NCBI GenBank assembly: GCA_001724265.1
Contig: MEDY01000182.1
Location: 1 to 55,624, forward strand
Length of the DNA: 55,624 nucleotides
Source of the DNA: Rhizaria sp. SCN 62-66
Lineage: Eukaryota
Direction: 5' to 3'
The notes below the pieces were generated by a model. The model made no database searches, was not told where the DNA came from, and worked only from the letters and a program-made list of their open reading frames with translations. The position numbers and the translations under genes are program-made. The number at the start of each line of letters is the position of its first letter. Positions within the stretch are counted from its first letter, which is position 1. Positions 1 through 12,400 of the stretch are shown one piece after another.

Positions 1-1
1 C

Positions 2-289
2 AACATGGTCGAGGCTGCTGCCCAGGGTGACCTCGCTGCCGCGTCCGTCTACCCCTCCGGCACCTACACCCTCCCCAAGCTGTACATCAAGCAGCAGTAT
101 TGCATCTCGTGCGCCGTCCACGCCCGCTACGTCCGCTCCCGCTCTGCGGCCAAGCGCCGCGTGCGTGCCCCCGCGGTCAAGTCCCGCCCCGGCGTTAAGG
201 TGAAGGGTCCTGGCAAGCCCCAGAAGGGCGTCAAGCCCTCCCAGCGCCGTCTCCCCGAGGTTTCCCGCATTGCCGCCATGCGCAAGTAA
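2..289 (+). CDS. rps26: 40S ribosomal protein S26 (eS26), 3' part; 5' end lies outside the window
   Basis: [15 protein letters not shown]...[27 protein letters not shown] matches the eS26 C-terminal Zn-binding motif (YCxSCAxH..VRxRS). Ends with TAA at 287-289. Confidence 0.95.
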   Translation, partial: NMVEAAAQGDLAAASVYPSGTYTLPKLYIKQQYCISCAVHARYVRSRSAAKRRVRAPAVKSRPGVKVKGPGKPQKGVKPSQRRLPEVSRIAAMRK

Positions 290-939
290 TTCACTCAGCC
301 TGTCTGACGCGCTCCACAGTGCGCTGCTAAACTCAACGCGGGGCACTGCGGAGGAATGTGATATACTTGTACAGGCGCGAAGCCATGCGTTTCGAGTGCG
401 CAGGGCGAGCGTGGTGCTTATGCGGGCGTGTTAAGAGCTTCATAAGTGTGGCTGTTTGACCTAGCTTCCCCTCTCGCTGGTGTGTGTGCTTTGCGAGTAC
501 TTTCAACAACGACAACAAACTTCAATACAACATCTTCTTGCATCTGATCAATACTTTCAGCGTGTGATGTGGGGAATGTAATTTGTATATGTATTACCAT
601 TGTGTTTTGAATCTTGCTAATTTTGCATATGTTTTGATTGAAATAATTTGGTGTGTTGCTCTCCCTCCTCTCACTAGGCGTGTGCGTGCTTGCTTGGAAG
701 ATAAATATTCGCAAATGCAGCACGGTTCAGTTCCATGCTGCACAGGGCACCAAGCATTGGACACGCACAGCAACAGTGAGAAGTATGCCGCCGTGTTCGC
801 GTTCGGTACACTCGAACAATCGTCGCGCCACAGTGAGCGAGAAATTGCGAGGCTTAAAGTACAGTCAAGCCTCTTTTGACAGTCCGTTAGCGATGGCGAA
901 TGAGTGAGGCGGCAACAGCGACGCCTGCGGTAGAGGTAC

Positions 940-2021
940 TTAGATGATAGCAGCGCCGACAGTGACGACGCCGGTGATGGCGGCCATCGCGATCGAGGAC
1001 TTGTCCTAATGATGTTAAAAAGCAAAAACATAACGAGGCACAATAGGCACAAGAAATGAGCGCATTGAAACAGATATGATACCACTGATAGATAAATACT
1101 ACAGGCATATTATAGTCGAACGAGAGATTGATCGTGATCGGTTAATGTAGTTTAGATGGTGGTTAAGTAAACGCACCTGGAACTCGTGAGTGAGGCCCTC
1201 ACCAGTGAAGTCGTGGTACATCTGGCGGACGCCACCGAGCCAATGGTAAGCCAGGGGCGCGGCAACGGCGGCCTTGGCGACGGGGACGAGCGCGGGGACG
1301 GCGGCCTTCATGGCGAAGATGGCGGAAGGGACGTCGCAGGAGCCCATGGCGCCGTAGAGGCCGGTGAGGGTGATGCCGGTGGCGAGGACGGCGCCGGAGA
1401 TGCGCACGCCGACGTGGAGGTACGCAGTGGGGGAGAAGCGCCAGATGGCGAGGTCGGGGGAGATAGGGTTGCCGTTGGCGGAAACCTGTGGCAGAGGGAA
1501 CGAGCAGCGCAAGCAGGAGAGCGGGGAAGAGATAGGAAAGGATGAGGGCATGGGAGAGGGACAGAGGAGCTGGCGGGGGAATCTGTGTGACAGAGAGGAG
1601 CAAGACGCAACGCGTTCGATGCAGGATTGAAATGAACAATATGCGAGTGAAGTCGCTTTGATGGGGGAGATGTTAGCAGAGAGAAAAGAAACGTACGCCG
1701 TTGGTGGGAGCCTTCTCAAGGACAGCAGGCTTGGTGGTGGAGGAGGAGACGCGAGCAGGGCCCACTTTCGAGGACAAAAACAGATACAGGAAGAAAACAG
1801 GCAGTGTGAGAGGTAAGAAGCAGATCTGGATGTACGGAATGTGGGGAGAAATGCGTTGCAATGCTCGTGGGGACAAGGGCAGATAGGAAATGTGGGTTAC
1901 GGGGAGGTTGGCAGTCGTTCGAGTGGGGTGTGAAAATAGGGTGCATAGACGTACTCTTGGAGACAAGGGCCGCAGCGGGAGTCTTGACGGTCGCAATGCG
2001 ACGAACGGTCGTGCTAAGCAT
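940..2021 (-). CDS. sdhC: Succinate dehydrogenase cytochrome b560 subunit (SDHC/SDH3), 4 exons: 2021-1955, 1764-1697, 1485-1177, 1005-940; 169 aa
   Basis: Arg/Ser/Thr-rich presequence MLSTTVRRIATVK, followed by PISPDLAIWRF...HVGVRISG and YHWLGGVRQM, resembling SDHC (RPxSPHLxIY..HRxTG / YHxxxGIRHL). Exon phases are consistent at GT-AG sites; stop TAA. Confidence 0.88.
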
Positions 2022-2544
2022 TTTTGTAAACGTTATTCCAGCAGGACAAAGCCGACAAATCCACCCTGATCATGCCGTCACAGCGTCCCAAGCAAGCCCA
2101 GTTCGATTCGGTCCAGTCAGACCGTCCGCAAAGTTAAGCCGCTACTCACAGTCATATCACTGTGACAAAACAACGTATAGTTCACTGGAACAAACATAGA
2201 TCCATTCAACATCTTACAAGCATATTGGCATAATAATGTCATATATAAACATCGTGTTGGTTTGCGTGGAGTAAGCCATATGTGTGTATATATCTGCGCC
2301 AATGTAGTTTAGTAACATCACTAGTCCCTACAAATCCTTCTCTCGCAGACAGAAAAAAATGCGTAAAACAAAATCAAATAACAAAATACACACATATACC
2401 AACATGAAACATCCTGTCCCATAATACAACCCGGCGTTGCGTTAATTCAAGTTCGCTGCATAGCTCCGCACTCGACAATCACCAAATACTTTTAGTGTCT
2501 TTGCACGCGCTCTGCTGATGCACTTTGCGCTTTGCGCCTCGCGC

Positions 2545-5500
2545 TTAGCACTTGGCAACGTTGGAGTAGGAGAACTTCTTGGCATCCTTGAACTCGTCGA
2601 AGTACTTAACCTCTCCGTCAGACACGGCCCAGAACTGCGTGCACACAGAGGCCAGGAAGTGCTGGTCGTGGGACACCACGAGGACGCTGCCGCCGTAGCC
2701 CTTAATGGCGCCGATGAGCGCGTCGACAGTCTCCAGGTCGAGGTGGTTCGTCGGCTCGTCCATAATGACGAGATGGGGCTTCTCCCACATCAGCATCGCA
2801 AACGCCACGCGCGACTTCTGGCCTCCGGAGAGGGAACCGATGAGCTGAGTCTGCATCGCGCCAGCGACGCCGAACTTGCCCAGGTGGCGGCGGATGATCT
2901 GCGGGTGGTTCTTGGGGAACATCTCCATCAGGAAGTCGAGGGAAGACATGTTGCCCTTGAGCTTGTCCATGTGGTGCTGCGCGAAAGTGGCGATGCGCGC
3001 GTTGCCGTTGACGTGGATGTTGCCTAAAATGAAACAAACAATGAAAAACAAACGGTGAACAAAAATGTGTCAGCATACAGCTCATTAGACATGTAGAAAG
3101 ATCCAACCACAGAAAAATATTACGATTGACATACATGGAAAGTATATGGACCCGCTTTGAGATTCTACGAGTGACATTGATTGATTTTGTTTCTCATCAT
3201 GAGGAACGTACCGGAGGTGGGCTGGAGCTTGCCAACGATGATGTTGATGAGTGTGGTCTTACCGATACCGTTGGCACCCAGCACGCCGATGCGCGAGTCG
3301 TTGGCGACGTTGGCCGTCACGTTCTGCAACAGATACGGCGCGGAACCGTTGTAGCTGAAGCAGATGTTGTTGATCTCGATGGCGCTGTGAGTCAGCGCAT
3401 CCGACGGGGTGGGGAACTCCATCACAAACTCTGTCGAGGTAACAAAACAGTATGATAAAGAATCAAGATGTGGGAATCGTTAATTGAAATGTCGATGCAA
3501 AATAAAATGCCAGAAATTTCATGCGTTATACTCATGTTCCAGTTTAAGGGCATATATGTTGACAAATAAAGTTTTTTGTTAAGTGCACCACAAAACCAAA
3601 AACGTACCAGCGTCCTCCTCGACGTCGTCGACCTTCTCGAGCTTCTTCAGCGCCTTGATACGCGACTGCACGAGCGCGGCACGGGCCGCAGACGCGCGGA
3701 ACTTGTCCACGAACTCCTTCATGTGGGCGATCTTGTCCTGCTGGGCCGCGAAGGCGCGCTTCTGCTCGCGGATCTGCTCGGCGCGAACCTTCTCGAAGTT
3801 GGAGTAGTTGCCGCGGTACGTGATAAGCTCCTTGCGGTGGAAGTGCAGCACGTCGGTGATGACGTTGTTCAGGAACATGCGGTCGTGGGAAATAACGACG
3901 ACAGTCTTGGGGTAGCTGTGAAGGCAGAAGCGAAACAAAGATGATGTTATAAGGTTAGAAAGTGGTCATGATAAGCAAAACCAAACGTGGAATAGACTGG
4001 TTATGACATTACATTATACATATATATATACATATATATCGAGTTCAAGTAATACAAATGATGACTAGAGCGAAATAAGTTCGACGAAAGTGAGAGTAGA
4101 CACGTACCGAGTGAGATACTCCTCGAGCCAGAGCACGGCGGGGAAGTCGAGGTGGTTGGTCGGCTCATCGAGCAGCAACAGATCGGGCTGCGCAAAGAGC
4201 GCGCAGGCCAGCGCGACGCGCATGCGCCAGCCACCGGACAGGGAGCGCGTGGCGAGGTTCATGCGTTCCTTGGTGAACTGCAGACCGCTGAGGATCTCGG
4301 CCGCGCGGGCCTCGGCGCCGTGCGCGTCGATCGACGACATCTGCGAGTGCACCATGTCGAGCTGCTCGTAGGGGTCCGCCTTGCCGCTGCCACGGCCAAG
4401 CACGAGCCGGAGGAGGTCGTTCCAGCGCGCCTCCTCGGCCGCGTTCACCTCGGCGTCCTCCGACTGCGCGATAGATAAGCCGCTCTCAGTCTTGTTGTCG
4501 CCGCTGACGACCTCGACGGAGGACTTCTTCTTGTCCTTGTCCTTATCCCCGTCAGCGCCGGTGTTAGCAACCTCCTGGGCGTCGATAGTGCGCAGCAGCG
4601 AGCGCTCGGCGTGCAGCAACACTTCGCGCTCGATGTCAGCGCGCACCACAGTCTGCAGTGCCGAGTAGCCGTCGCCGCGGGACTCCTGCTCGACGTGCAC
4701 GACGCGGATGTGCGTGGGGAAGTTGGGCACCTCGTAGAACGCAAAGGCCTTAAGCAGCGTCGTCTTGCCGACGCCGTTGGAGCCGATGAGCCCGTACACA
4801 CGGCCCTGTGAGAGCGTACACGTGCCGTTCTGCAACAGCTCCTTGGAGCCGTCGGGGGACGTCATGCTGAACCCGCTGATGTGAATGTCGACGGAGCGCG
4901 ACTTGCCCAGGTGGAGCGTCGACAGATACTTCTTGACGGCCTCTTCCTTGAGGTACGCCTCGCGCTCCTTGCGCTTCTGGTCGCGCAGCAGCGCCATCTC
5001 CTTCATCTTCTTCTCCTTGGCGAGATCACGCATCTCACGCTTGCTGAGCTCGGCGTCGGCCTTCTCGTCGCCGTCGCGGTCCTTGCTCGAGCTCGTCTCG
5101 TCCTCTTCCTTGGAGCTGGCCAGCCCGAAGTCAGAGATGCGCAGCGGCGCGGGCAGCGGCTTCACGTCAGCCGCCGCGGCCTCGGACTCGGCGGCCGCGG
5201 CAGACGAGTTGTTGTCGTTGTCAGAGTCTTCGAGCTCGGCCCAGAACATGTCTTCCTCGTCGCCGTCGTAGGGGTGACCTTCGCTGGCGCGGCGCGCACG
5301 CTCTGCGATGCGGACAAGGATGGAGGCGCCGGGGACCTTGATGTCGCGCAGGGACACGCACTCAACCGCGGAGTAGCCCACGAACGAGGAGATGTAGCCG
5401 CCGTCGGGGGTCTGCTTCTCGATCGTGGCAAAGTACCACTTGGAGTCGCCCGAATAGCGCGCCTTGATCACGGAGCCCGCGGCGAGGCGCGCGGTGTTAA

Positions 5501-5981
5501 CGTCCGACTGGCGCGCCAGCTGCCACGACGAGGCGCGCTCGAGCTGCTTCTGCGACGCACGCGCGCTCGCCGCCGCGTCGGTCGTCGCTTCCGGGTTGTC
5601 TTCGGCGACGGCCTTGGCGACAGCGGCAAGAAGTCCGCGGCAGACCTCGTTGGCGGCCTTCTCGGAGCCAGCGACGCCGTACCACTGGAGCATCTCGCCG
5701 ATGGCCTCGAACAGCTCGTCCGCGTCGATCGTCGGGTTCGACAGGATCACGGACGTGATGTACTCGCGCATGCTGTCGTCGGCATTCTATACGTTGTTTT
5801 AATGTCGAGATCGCAGAAATGCATGAAGGTTGAACGTGAGATGAGGGCGAGGACGCGGAAAAGCGAGGGGTGGACTGGCTGGATGATGAGTGTCTTTGGT
5901 GAGATCTGCGAGGGGATATAGACGTACCGTAACGCTGCCCTTAACGAGGTCAGCATAAACCTGAGCTTGATCCGTCGCCAT
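2545..5981 (-). CDS. ABC-F family ATPase (GCN20/ABCF3-like) with a Tudor-like domain; exons 5981-5928, 5786-4108, 3915-3608, 3430-3212, 3023-2545; 912 aa
   Basis: Two ABC domains: GSNGVGKTT / LSGGWRMR / LLLDEPTNHLD / ISHDR, and GANGIGKTT / LSGGQKSR / MDEPTNHLD / VSHD. Has the ABCF linker (YRGNYSNFEKVR..QSRIKAL) and no TM domains. All four introns are GTACGT...AG with matching phases; stop TAA. Confidence 0.93.
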
Positions 5982-6333
5982 TGTTTCTTAAAAACACAAC
6001 AAACAACGTTTCTTGCAATCGAATCTCCCTCTTCGACACTTCGCTTGAAATCAACCCAAAGCCGCAAGCAAGCTCCCCGCAGTCCCCGCTTTCGGACCAC
6101 GAACGATGTCCACTTGGAGGTCCATCTGTGGTTCGATCAATAAAGCCGACACAAACTAGCAAAGATGATCATATATCCGTAAATAAACGAGGGAAATGCA
6201 AATATAATAGCTGTTACTAAGTTATTGTAGGCAACATTAATCTGTAGCAGAATGTATTAGGGTTAGACATGAATCTTAAATTGGGCGACTAATTCTAAAA
6301 AGTAATCGCGTTGTTCAACGAACAAAGCGCGCT

Positions 6334-7806
6334 TTAAATGTTGAAGTCGACGTCAGCGCGCATCTGGAAGCCGTCCTGGAGGATGTTGAACTCGGCATTA
6401 GACAGCGTGAGGCCCGCAACGGAGGGAAGAGGGATGCCGTCGGCGAGCATGACGTTGATGCCGGGGAGGATAACGTTGTTAAGCAGGGCGTTGACAACGA
6501 TGTTGAGGAGCGTGAGGTCGATGTTGCCGATGGTGGAGTCGGTGACGGCGAACTTGGGGTTGAAAGCCGGGATCGCGAGGTGCAGCACGGGGTTGAACGG
6601 CACGGACGTGTCAAGCGAGACCTCGAGGTTGGTGGAGCCGGTAGCCGCGAGCTTGAGTGCGCTGACCCAAGCGTCCGCGCCGACGGGGGAGACCTGAACG
6701 TCGAAGCGGAAGTCGGCGCCGAGAGTCAGCGCGCCGGGGACGGCGTTGACGGTGGGGTCGGCGCCAAGGGTGACAACGAACCGCACGTCGTGGTTGGGGT
6801 ACTTGGCCTTGAGGGCGGGGATGTACGTCCACTGGTCGGTGTTGAAGATGTCGGGGAACTTCTCGGGGTGCTGATCCCTAGTGATGAGCTTGTTGAGCAT
6901 GCCGGAATGCGCGTAGGTGTGGAACGCAGACTGCAGCGTGAAGGTGTCAAGCACGATGTCGAGCAGACGGCCGGAGGGGACAAACGGCATGCCGGCGTGG
7001 CGAGGAGTGAGGCCGTCCGAAAAGCCGCCCTGGGGGTAAACCTCGCCGTTGAAGGCGAGCACGATAGAATCGCCGATAGTAGCGAGGCCCTGGGCGGGGA
7101 TGTGGAGGTCGATGGTGCCCCACTTGCCGACGCGGCCGGCCATGGGCAGGGTCGCAATGATAGCCGCGATCTTGTCGTTAAAGGTGGTCTCGAGAGCGTT
7201 CTTGAGGCCCTTCTCAACAGCACGCTTGAAAGTGCCCTGGAAAGCCTTGATGATGAGGTTGTAGAGCCAAGAGAAGAGCGAGCCGTGGGTCTTGATGGTG
7301 ATCTTGTGGATGTCCACGGTCACCTCGTTGATGCGGATCGACGGGCGGCCGTCGGCGGTGACGGCGAGCGCGAACGTGGCACCAATGTCGGACACGTCCA
7401 TGGTGGCATCAGCGGTACCGGAGCCCTTGGGAAGGTGGGGCCACTTCTTGAGCTTGTACTTCCAGTCCATGCCCGCCTTGCCGTAGATGCCGCGCAGGTC
7501 GACGCGGACGCCGCTGGTGACGGAGAGGGTAAACGAGGCAATGTTGAACTCCTTGATCTTGATGGAACGGACCTCGTAGTTGAAGCCGCTCTCGCGGCCG
7601 GAGATATCCTCAAGGGGGGTAGCCTTGACCATCTCAAGCGCGGCAGGGAGGATGTTGTTGATGAGCTTGGTGATCGCGGTCGTCGACATGCCACCCATGA
7701 GACCAGGACCGTTCTGAGCGACGACGAGAGCGTTGGGAGCAGCGCTCAGCATCGACACTGCGAGGACGCAGAAGGCCGCAAACACCGCCCAGAGACTGAG
7801 ACGCAT
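6334..7806 (-). CDS. Secreted LBP/BPI/CETP (TULIP) family lipid-binding protein, single coding exon, 490 aa
   Basis: N-terminal signal peptide and BPI-like segments (GSLFSWLYNLIIKAF..., NNVILPGINVMLADGIPLPSVAGLTLSN). Length fits two BPI domains; strong GC3 codon bias; stop TAA. Confidence 0.85.
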   Translation of the reverse strand: MRLSLWAVFAAFCVLAVSMLSAAPNALVVAQNGPGLMGGMSTTAITKLINNILPAALEMVKATPLEDISGRESGFNYEVRSIKIKEFNIASFTLSVTSGVRVDLRGIYGKAGMDWKYKLKKWPHLPKGSGTADATMDVSDIGATFALAVTADGRPSIRINEVTVDIHKITIKTHGSLFSWLYNLIIKAFQGTFKRAVEKGLKNALETTFNDKIAAIIATLPMAGRVGKWGTIDLHIPAQGLATIGDSIVLAFNGEVYPQGGFSDGLTPRHAGMPFVPSGRLLDIVLDTFTLQSAFHTYAHSGMLNKLITRDQHPEKFPDIFNTDQWTYIPALKAKYPNHDVRFVVTLGADPTVNAVPGALTLGADFRFDVQVSPVGADAWVSALKLAATGSTNLEVSLDTSVPFNPVLHLAIPAFNPKFAVTDSTIGNIDLTLLNIVVNALLNNVILPGINVMLADGIPLPSVAGLTLSNAEFNILQDGFQMRADVDFNI

Positions 7807-8384
7807 TTACTGGCTAAAGGGCACAAGGCGCACAAATTAGCACGTACATGTTTTATAAAGATCAGGTGAGAGGAATATCGGTAAGGAGCGCGAGAAGCAA
7901 GGAGACGAGAGGGGAAACGGGGTGAAAGCACGCCTCAAAGAAGGGCTCATATGCACTATGCCAACACGTTTCCTGCAGATTTCTTAAGTTGCACCGATTA
8001 TAAAACACATGTGTCAGCAAGGGCAAAATGCCGACATTTCGTTTAGTGGTCATGGAAGCGTAAGAACAAAGTGTTCAAAATGCAGCAGGAGACGTCGCCC
8101 TCCGAGTCTCTTCCGGTTCTTCTGAGGCTGAGACTGTGGGCGGTGGGACTGAGGGGTGTGTAACTGCCGCGTACGCTACTGCCGAAGTGCCTGGTATCTT
8201 ATACGCTCGCGGAGTCTTAATACAACTCAGGTTGACATTAATGTATTAACCGTTGCAAATTTTTTTCTGAATTATTGCAACTGATTTTATCAACGAAGTT
8301 ATATTTATATGAAAATATATGATGTTTTAAGATGGATATCCAGCTAAGATTGTCGAGGCACTCATGACAACGTATGGACATCAT

Positions 8385-9225
8385 TACGCAGAGCTCTAAG
8401 ATATAACGTGAAGCTTGTTGACGTCGGCAAACACGACTACGTACATCGATATCACTAAACCCTCGGCAAATAACTTGAGAGCAAGCCCCATGTACTGGAT
8501 AGCTTGCGGTCGCCTGAAGCTTGCAGTCTGTCGACTCGTCCTTCAAACGGGTCTCGAAGGTCCCCAGCTCGCGATAGACGTGGGCAACGAAGGAACCGAG
8601 GAGGCTCACGACAACCATAAGGCCGGGAGTTGCATGACGTCCCGCAGGCGTTCCCGCTGGAGAAATGGATGTGATGCGCATGCCAGCCTTCGTGGGAGCA
8701 GCCTCGAGCTAGTCTGCAACGGCGCGGACAGTCGCGCAACGGAGAAGTCGGCGTGGTTTGTGGCAGCCCTGGCCTTAAGGCGTGCGAGTTCCGCGTTGTC
8801 AGCGGCGAGTTCTGCGGCATTGGCGACAGAGGAGAAGTGGGAGAGAGCGTTCTTGGACCCGACATGGTGAAATTGCAGTGGGCTGATGTGAGCATCAACA
8901 CGTGCAAATACGGTGTATATGTACCATGGATATGCGGTATATATGTGATGTTCTTCATTAAGACCGACGCACACCGGCCCGTAAAACTATAGTTGTCGAT
9001 GGTGGTTAGATTGACAACGACGTTTGTGTTGCGCTTCTCTATTTCGCAAAAACTTGTAGTGTTGACTTCACTGATACTGGATAGACTCAAGAATCTCAGC
9101 CAAAGATTCAATTTGGGCCCGCGCAACAAAAATCCACGACACCTCAACGATGATGTCATTCTTTTCGACATCAAAGTTGGTTAGAACAATGTGATTTGAA
9201 TGTCCAACGTATGCTTTATACAAAA
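8385..9225 (-). pseudogene. Possible frameshifted gene remnant of unknown family (boundaries approximate)
   Basis: Protein-like segments lie in different frames: AELAADNAELARLKARAATNHADFSV / TVRAVAD*LEAAPTKAGMRITS...FETRLKDES / QAIQYMGLALKLFAEGLVISMYVVVFADVNKLHVI. No single clean ORF or clear splice solution joins them. Confidence 0.3.
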
Positions 9226-9323
9226 ACATTTTATTTTAAAAAGGAAACCTAAGTAAACATAATCAACCGTGCCCATCGTTAAAAAGATGAGCACAAGTCT
9301 CTCAAAATAGAATAAATCACAGA

Positions 9324-9369
9324 AATATATTTAAATACACACAGCAATATATTTAAATACACACAGCAA
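9324..9369. repeat. Tandem duplication of the 22-nt unit aatatatttaaatacacacagc (about 2.1 copies)
   Basis: Read directly from the sequence downstream of the VPS9 gene. Confidence 0.9.
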
Positions 9370-9476
9370 CATATTACCGTCCCATGTAATGTGGCATTTG
9401 GAGTGGTACAGTCTCATTTCCCTTCAAAAGAGAAGTTGTAGTCGTTTTGTCGACACATGACACATGATGTGCATAC

Positions 9477-12400
9477 TCACTTGCGAGACGCAGCGGGCGC
9501 ATTCAACCCCTTGCAGTGCTCCTCGAAGTCGAAGTTTGCGATGTAATCAAGAGCAGCCTCAAACACAGTCAGGTAATAGCCGGCCTCCCCCTGCAGGCTT
9601 GACTGGGCTGACAACAGCGTCCTAAAGTATACAAGATAAGTAAGCGAAGTGCAGCAAGAGAAGACGTAAGAGCAAGTGTCTCAGAGTAAGCATTACGTAT
9701 TCCAGTTTGACGATCAAAATAAAGTTCACATCATGACAAAATACAATCAAGGGAACGCAAAGAGTACATAATCAAGAACACAATCGCGGAACATTGCGGC
9801 GCAGATAGGTGTGTGACGTACATGTGCTTGCGGACAGTCTCCGGGTGCTTGATATCTGCGTGAATGAGCACGTAAACAAAGATAGGGAAGAAGTCGTCTG
9901 CAGCTAACACAGGCAAACTGGTATCGCCGCCCTTGGCCCTCTTGCTGCTGCCGTCGTGCTTGTGGGATGGCGAGACGAGCTGCTCGATACCGCGCTTGAA
10001 CTGGGCATGTTGCGCCTGCGAAAAGAACAATACACGATACAAAACAAGATCGATGAGCATACTATCAAACACGTTACAAAATAAAAAGGGGTACATAAAT
10101 ATGAAATTATCTCTCAGGTATTTCAGAGAGATAATTGCTTTTTTAATGAACGTCATGTCATCGCAAATGAACGTACCTGAATGGCGTTGTGCGTTTTGTA
10201 GATGGCCTTCGCGGTGTCCAGCAGACAGTCAACGCGTTCCGACGGCACCTGGTTTGCGTCGCAATCATCGCCGATGTGCGACAGCTCCGCCACGGCAAGC
10301 GCCCAGTGGTCGGGCGACGCGAAGGCGCGCGCGACGCCGAGGAAGGCCTGTTCGCAGCCCCACGTCCAGTCGCTGCCCCAGGCCAGACGCTCGCTCTCGA
10401 CGACACTGGGACCAGTGCGGGGACTGAGTCCGGTGGCTAAGGGGGTACTGACGAAGGGGGTGCTGGACGGGTTGCTGCTGATCAGACCGCGGCGTTGCGC
10501 CTGGCCCCACGCGCGCAAGTGCCGGCGCAGGAGAGCCTGTTTGCGGCGGATGACCACGTCGCGGTCGCGGCACACAATGAGCAGGGCGGAGCTAATACGG
10601 CTCGTGAGCGGCCGTAGCAGCGCACACTCGGCAACGCGCGCCCAGAGGCGGCAGAGGCGGGCCTCCCGGTCAACGAGGGGCTCGACCGTCGGCGCCGAGA
10701 GCTCACCGTGTGTCGAGACGGCGACGATCGCTGCAGTGGCAGCCGCGGCAGAGGCGGATTCGTCGCTGCTTGAGTTGTTCGCCGAAGACGTGACGCTCGA
10801 GAGAGCCCTGATGAACGACTCGGCATCTTTCTTCGCCGTAGCGAACGCCACCGAGTGCGCGGCGCCCTTGGTGAGCGCGCCCGCGGCGGAGGACGCCAGA
10901 CCGCAGTCGGCGGCCGCGGTCGTGCTGACGGACACGATCTTGGGCATCGGCGCCAGGTCAACCGCGAGCAGTTGCGCCAGCCGCGCCTGCTCGAAGTGCG
11001 CAGCCAGCGCGTTGTTGACGTTGCGCAGCGTCGAGAGGAACTCAGCCGCCTCGGTCTCGTAGGTGAGCGCGGTGACAGCGTCGCGCCCGCAGTCTCCGAG
11101 CGCCGCCGAGCCGCCGTAGACGCCGGGGAAAATGCGGTACAAACCGTTCCCGCCTGCACTGCCGGCGTTGGTGCTGCTGTTGTTGGGGAGGGCGAGGAAC
11201 GAAGGCTCGCGCGTGAGAGCGGCCTTGGAGCTGCTCGGACTGGAGCTGCCGCTGGCGCCGGCGTTGCTCGCGGTGGGCTGCGACGAAGGGGAGTTAGACG
11301 GGGACGGCGGGTCGATCGTCTGCAGTAGCGCGGTGACACTGGCAGCGTCGACAAGGCTGGGGACGGCGATCATTGCGAGCTCTTCCTGCTGCTCACGATC
11401 GCCGCCGGCCGTCGCCGCCATCGCCGAGTCAGCGAACACGACGTACTCGGACGACTCGGTGTCGGCGGCACTGATGTCAGCGCCGCTGGGGGGTTGGCTG
11501 GCCGCGGCAGTGAGCGTCGACGCGGGCGACACAACGGGCGACAGAGGCGCAGCAGCAACCAAAGATGCGGCCTTGCCGCCGCTGTTGGCGTGGGAGTTGA
11601 AGTTGGGCGAGAGAGGCGCGATGTGTTGCGTCAGCGCGGCGAGACTCAGCGTGGGCCTGTTGACGGGAGTCGCCGCGGGAGTGAGGCTCGCGTTGGGGTG
11701 CGCAGTCGCGAACTGAAGAGAGCTGCTGTTGCTGCTGTTGTTAATACTATCAACCGTCACAGGTGGAGCGCTATGGATGCCGTTGTTACTGTTGGGTGCA
11801 GTGTAAAACAGCGATTGAGATGCCGACGCAGACAACGACGGCGAAATGAACGGGATCGTCCCCATATCGCTCGCACTCGCACTCGCCGCTGTCTGACTTT
11901 GGTTCTGACTCTGGCTGGGGTGAAGCCGCATCGCCTGTCCGACGACTGGCGCGGCGGGTGCGGTGATGCCGCTGCTCACGGTCGCCCTGCCCACAGTCCC
12001 CACGGTCGCCGGCGGGGGGACCGTGGGCCGCGCAGTGGAACAGGGCCGGCCAGGGCGAATGCCGACCAGCTCCAGCGCCTCAGCCGCCGCGCGTTGCTCC
12101 TTCGCCGTTCTAGTCGGCTGCTGCTGCTGTTGCTGCTGGTGCACGGGCACGGCGTGGAGGTTGCGCGTCGACGCGCCGCCCGCGCCCGCCGAGCCCGCGG
12201 AGGCGGCGGCAGAGGGGTTGCTAGGCACGGCGACGCCGAGGCGCGAGAGCAGCGCGGCAGCGAGCGGCGATGACGCGGGCGGGGTCATGAACGCGTACGC
12301 CGCCTGCGCGGGAGTCAACGGGGACCCGGACCCGAGCCCTGTGGTGGGGCGGTAGCGCGGCGGTGGGAACGGCACGGGCGGCGCCAGGTAGAACGCCGCG

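Noticed and set aside
290-939. Short ORFs between rps26 and sdhC
   Set aside because: This is the convergent 3'-UTR or spacer region; the ORFs lack codon bias and recognisable similarity.
7814-7847. Possible tiny 5'-UTR intron (GTACGT-GCTAAT...TTTAG) upstream of the BPI gene
   Set aside because: It fits the local consensus, but it is much shorter than the other introns and cannot be tested by reading frame.
9475-9480. GTGAGT overlapping the VPS9 stop as a further splice donor
   Set aside because: The VPS9 domain is already complete, and every other donor in the window has +4C. It is treated as a TGA stop, though not proven.
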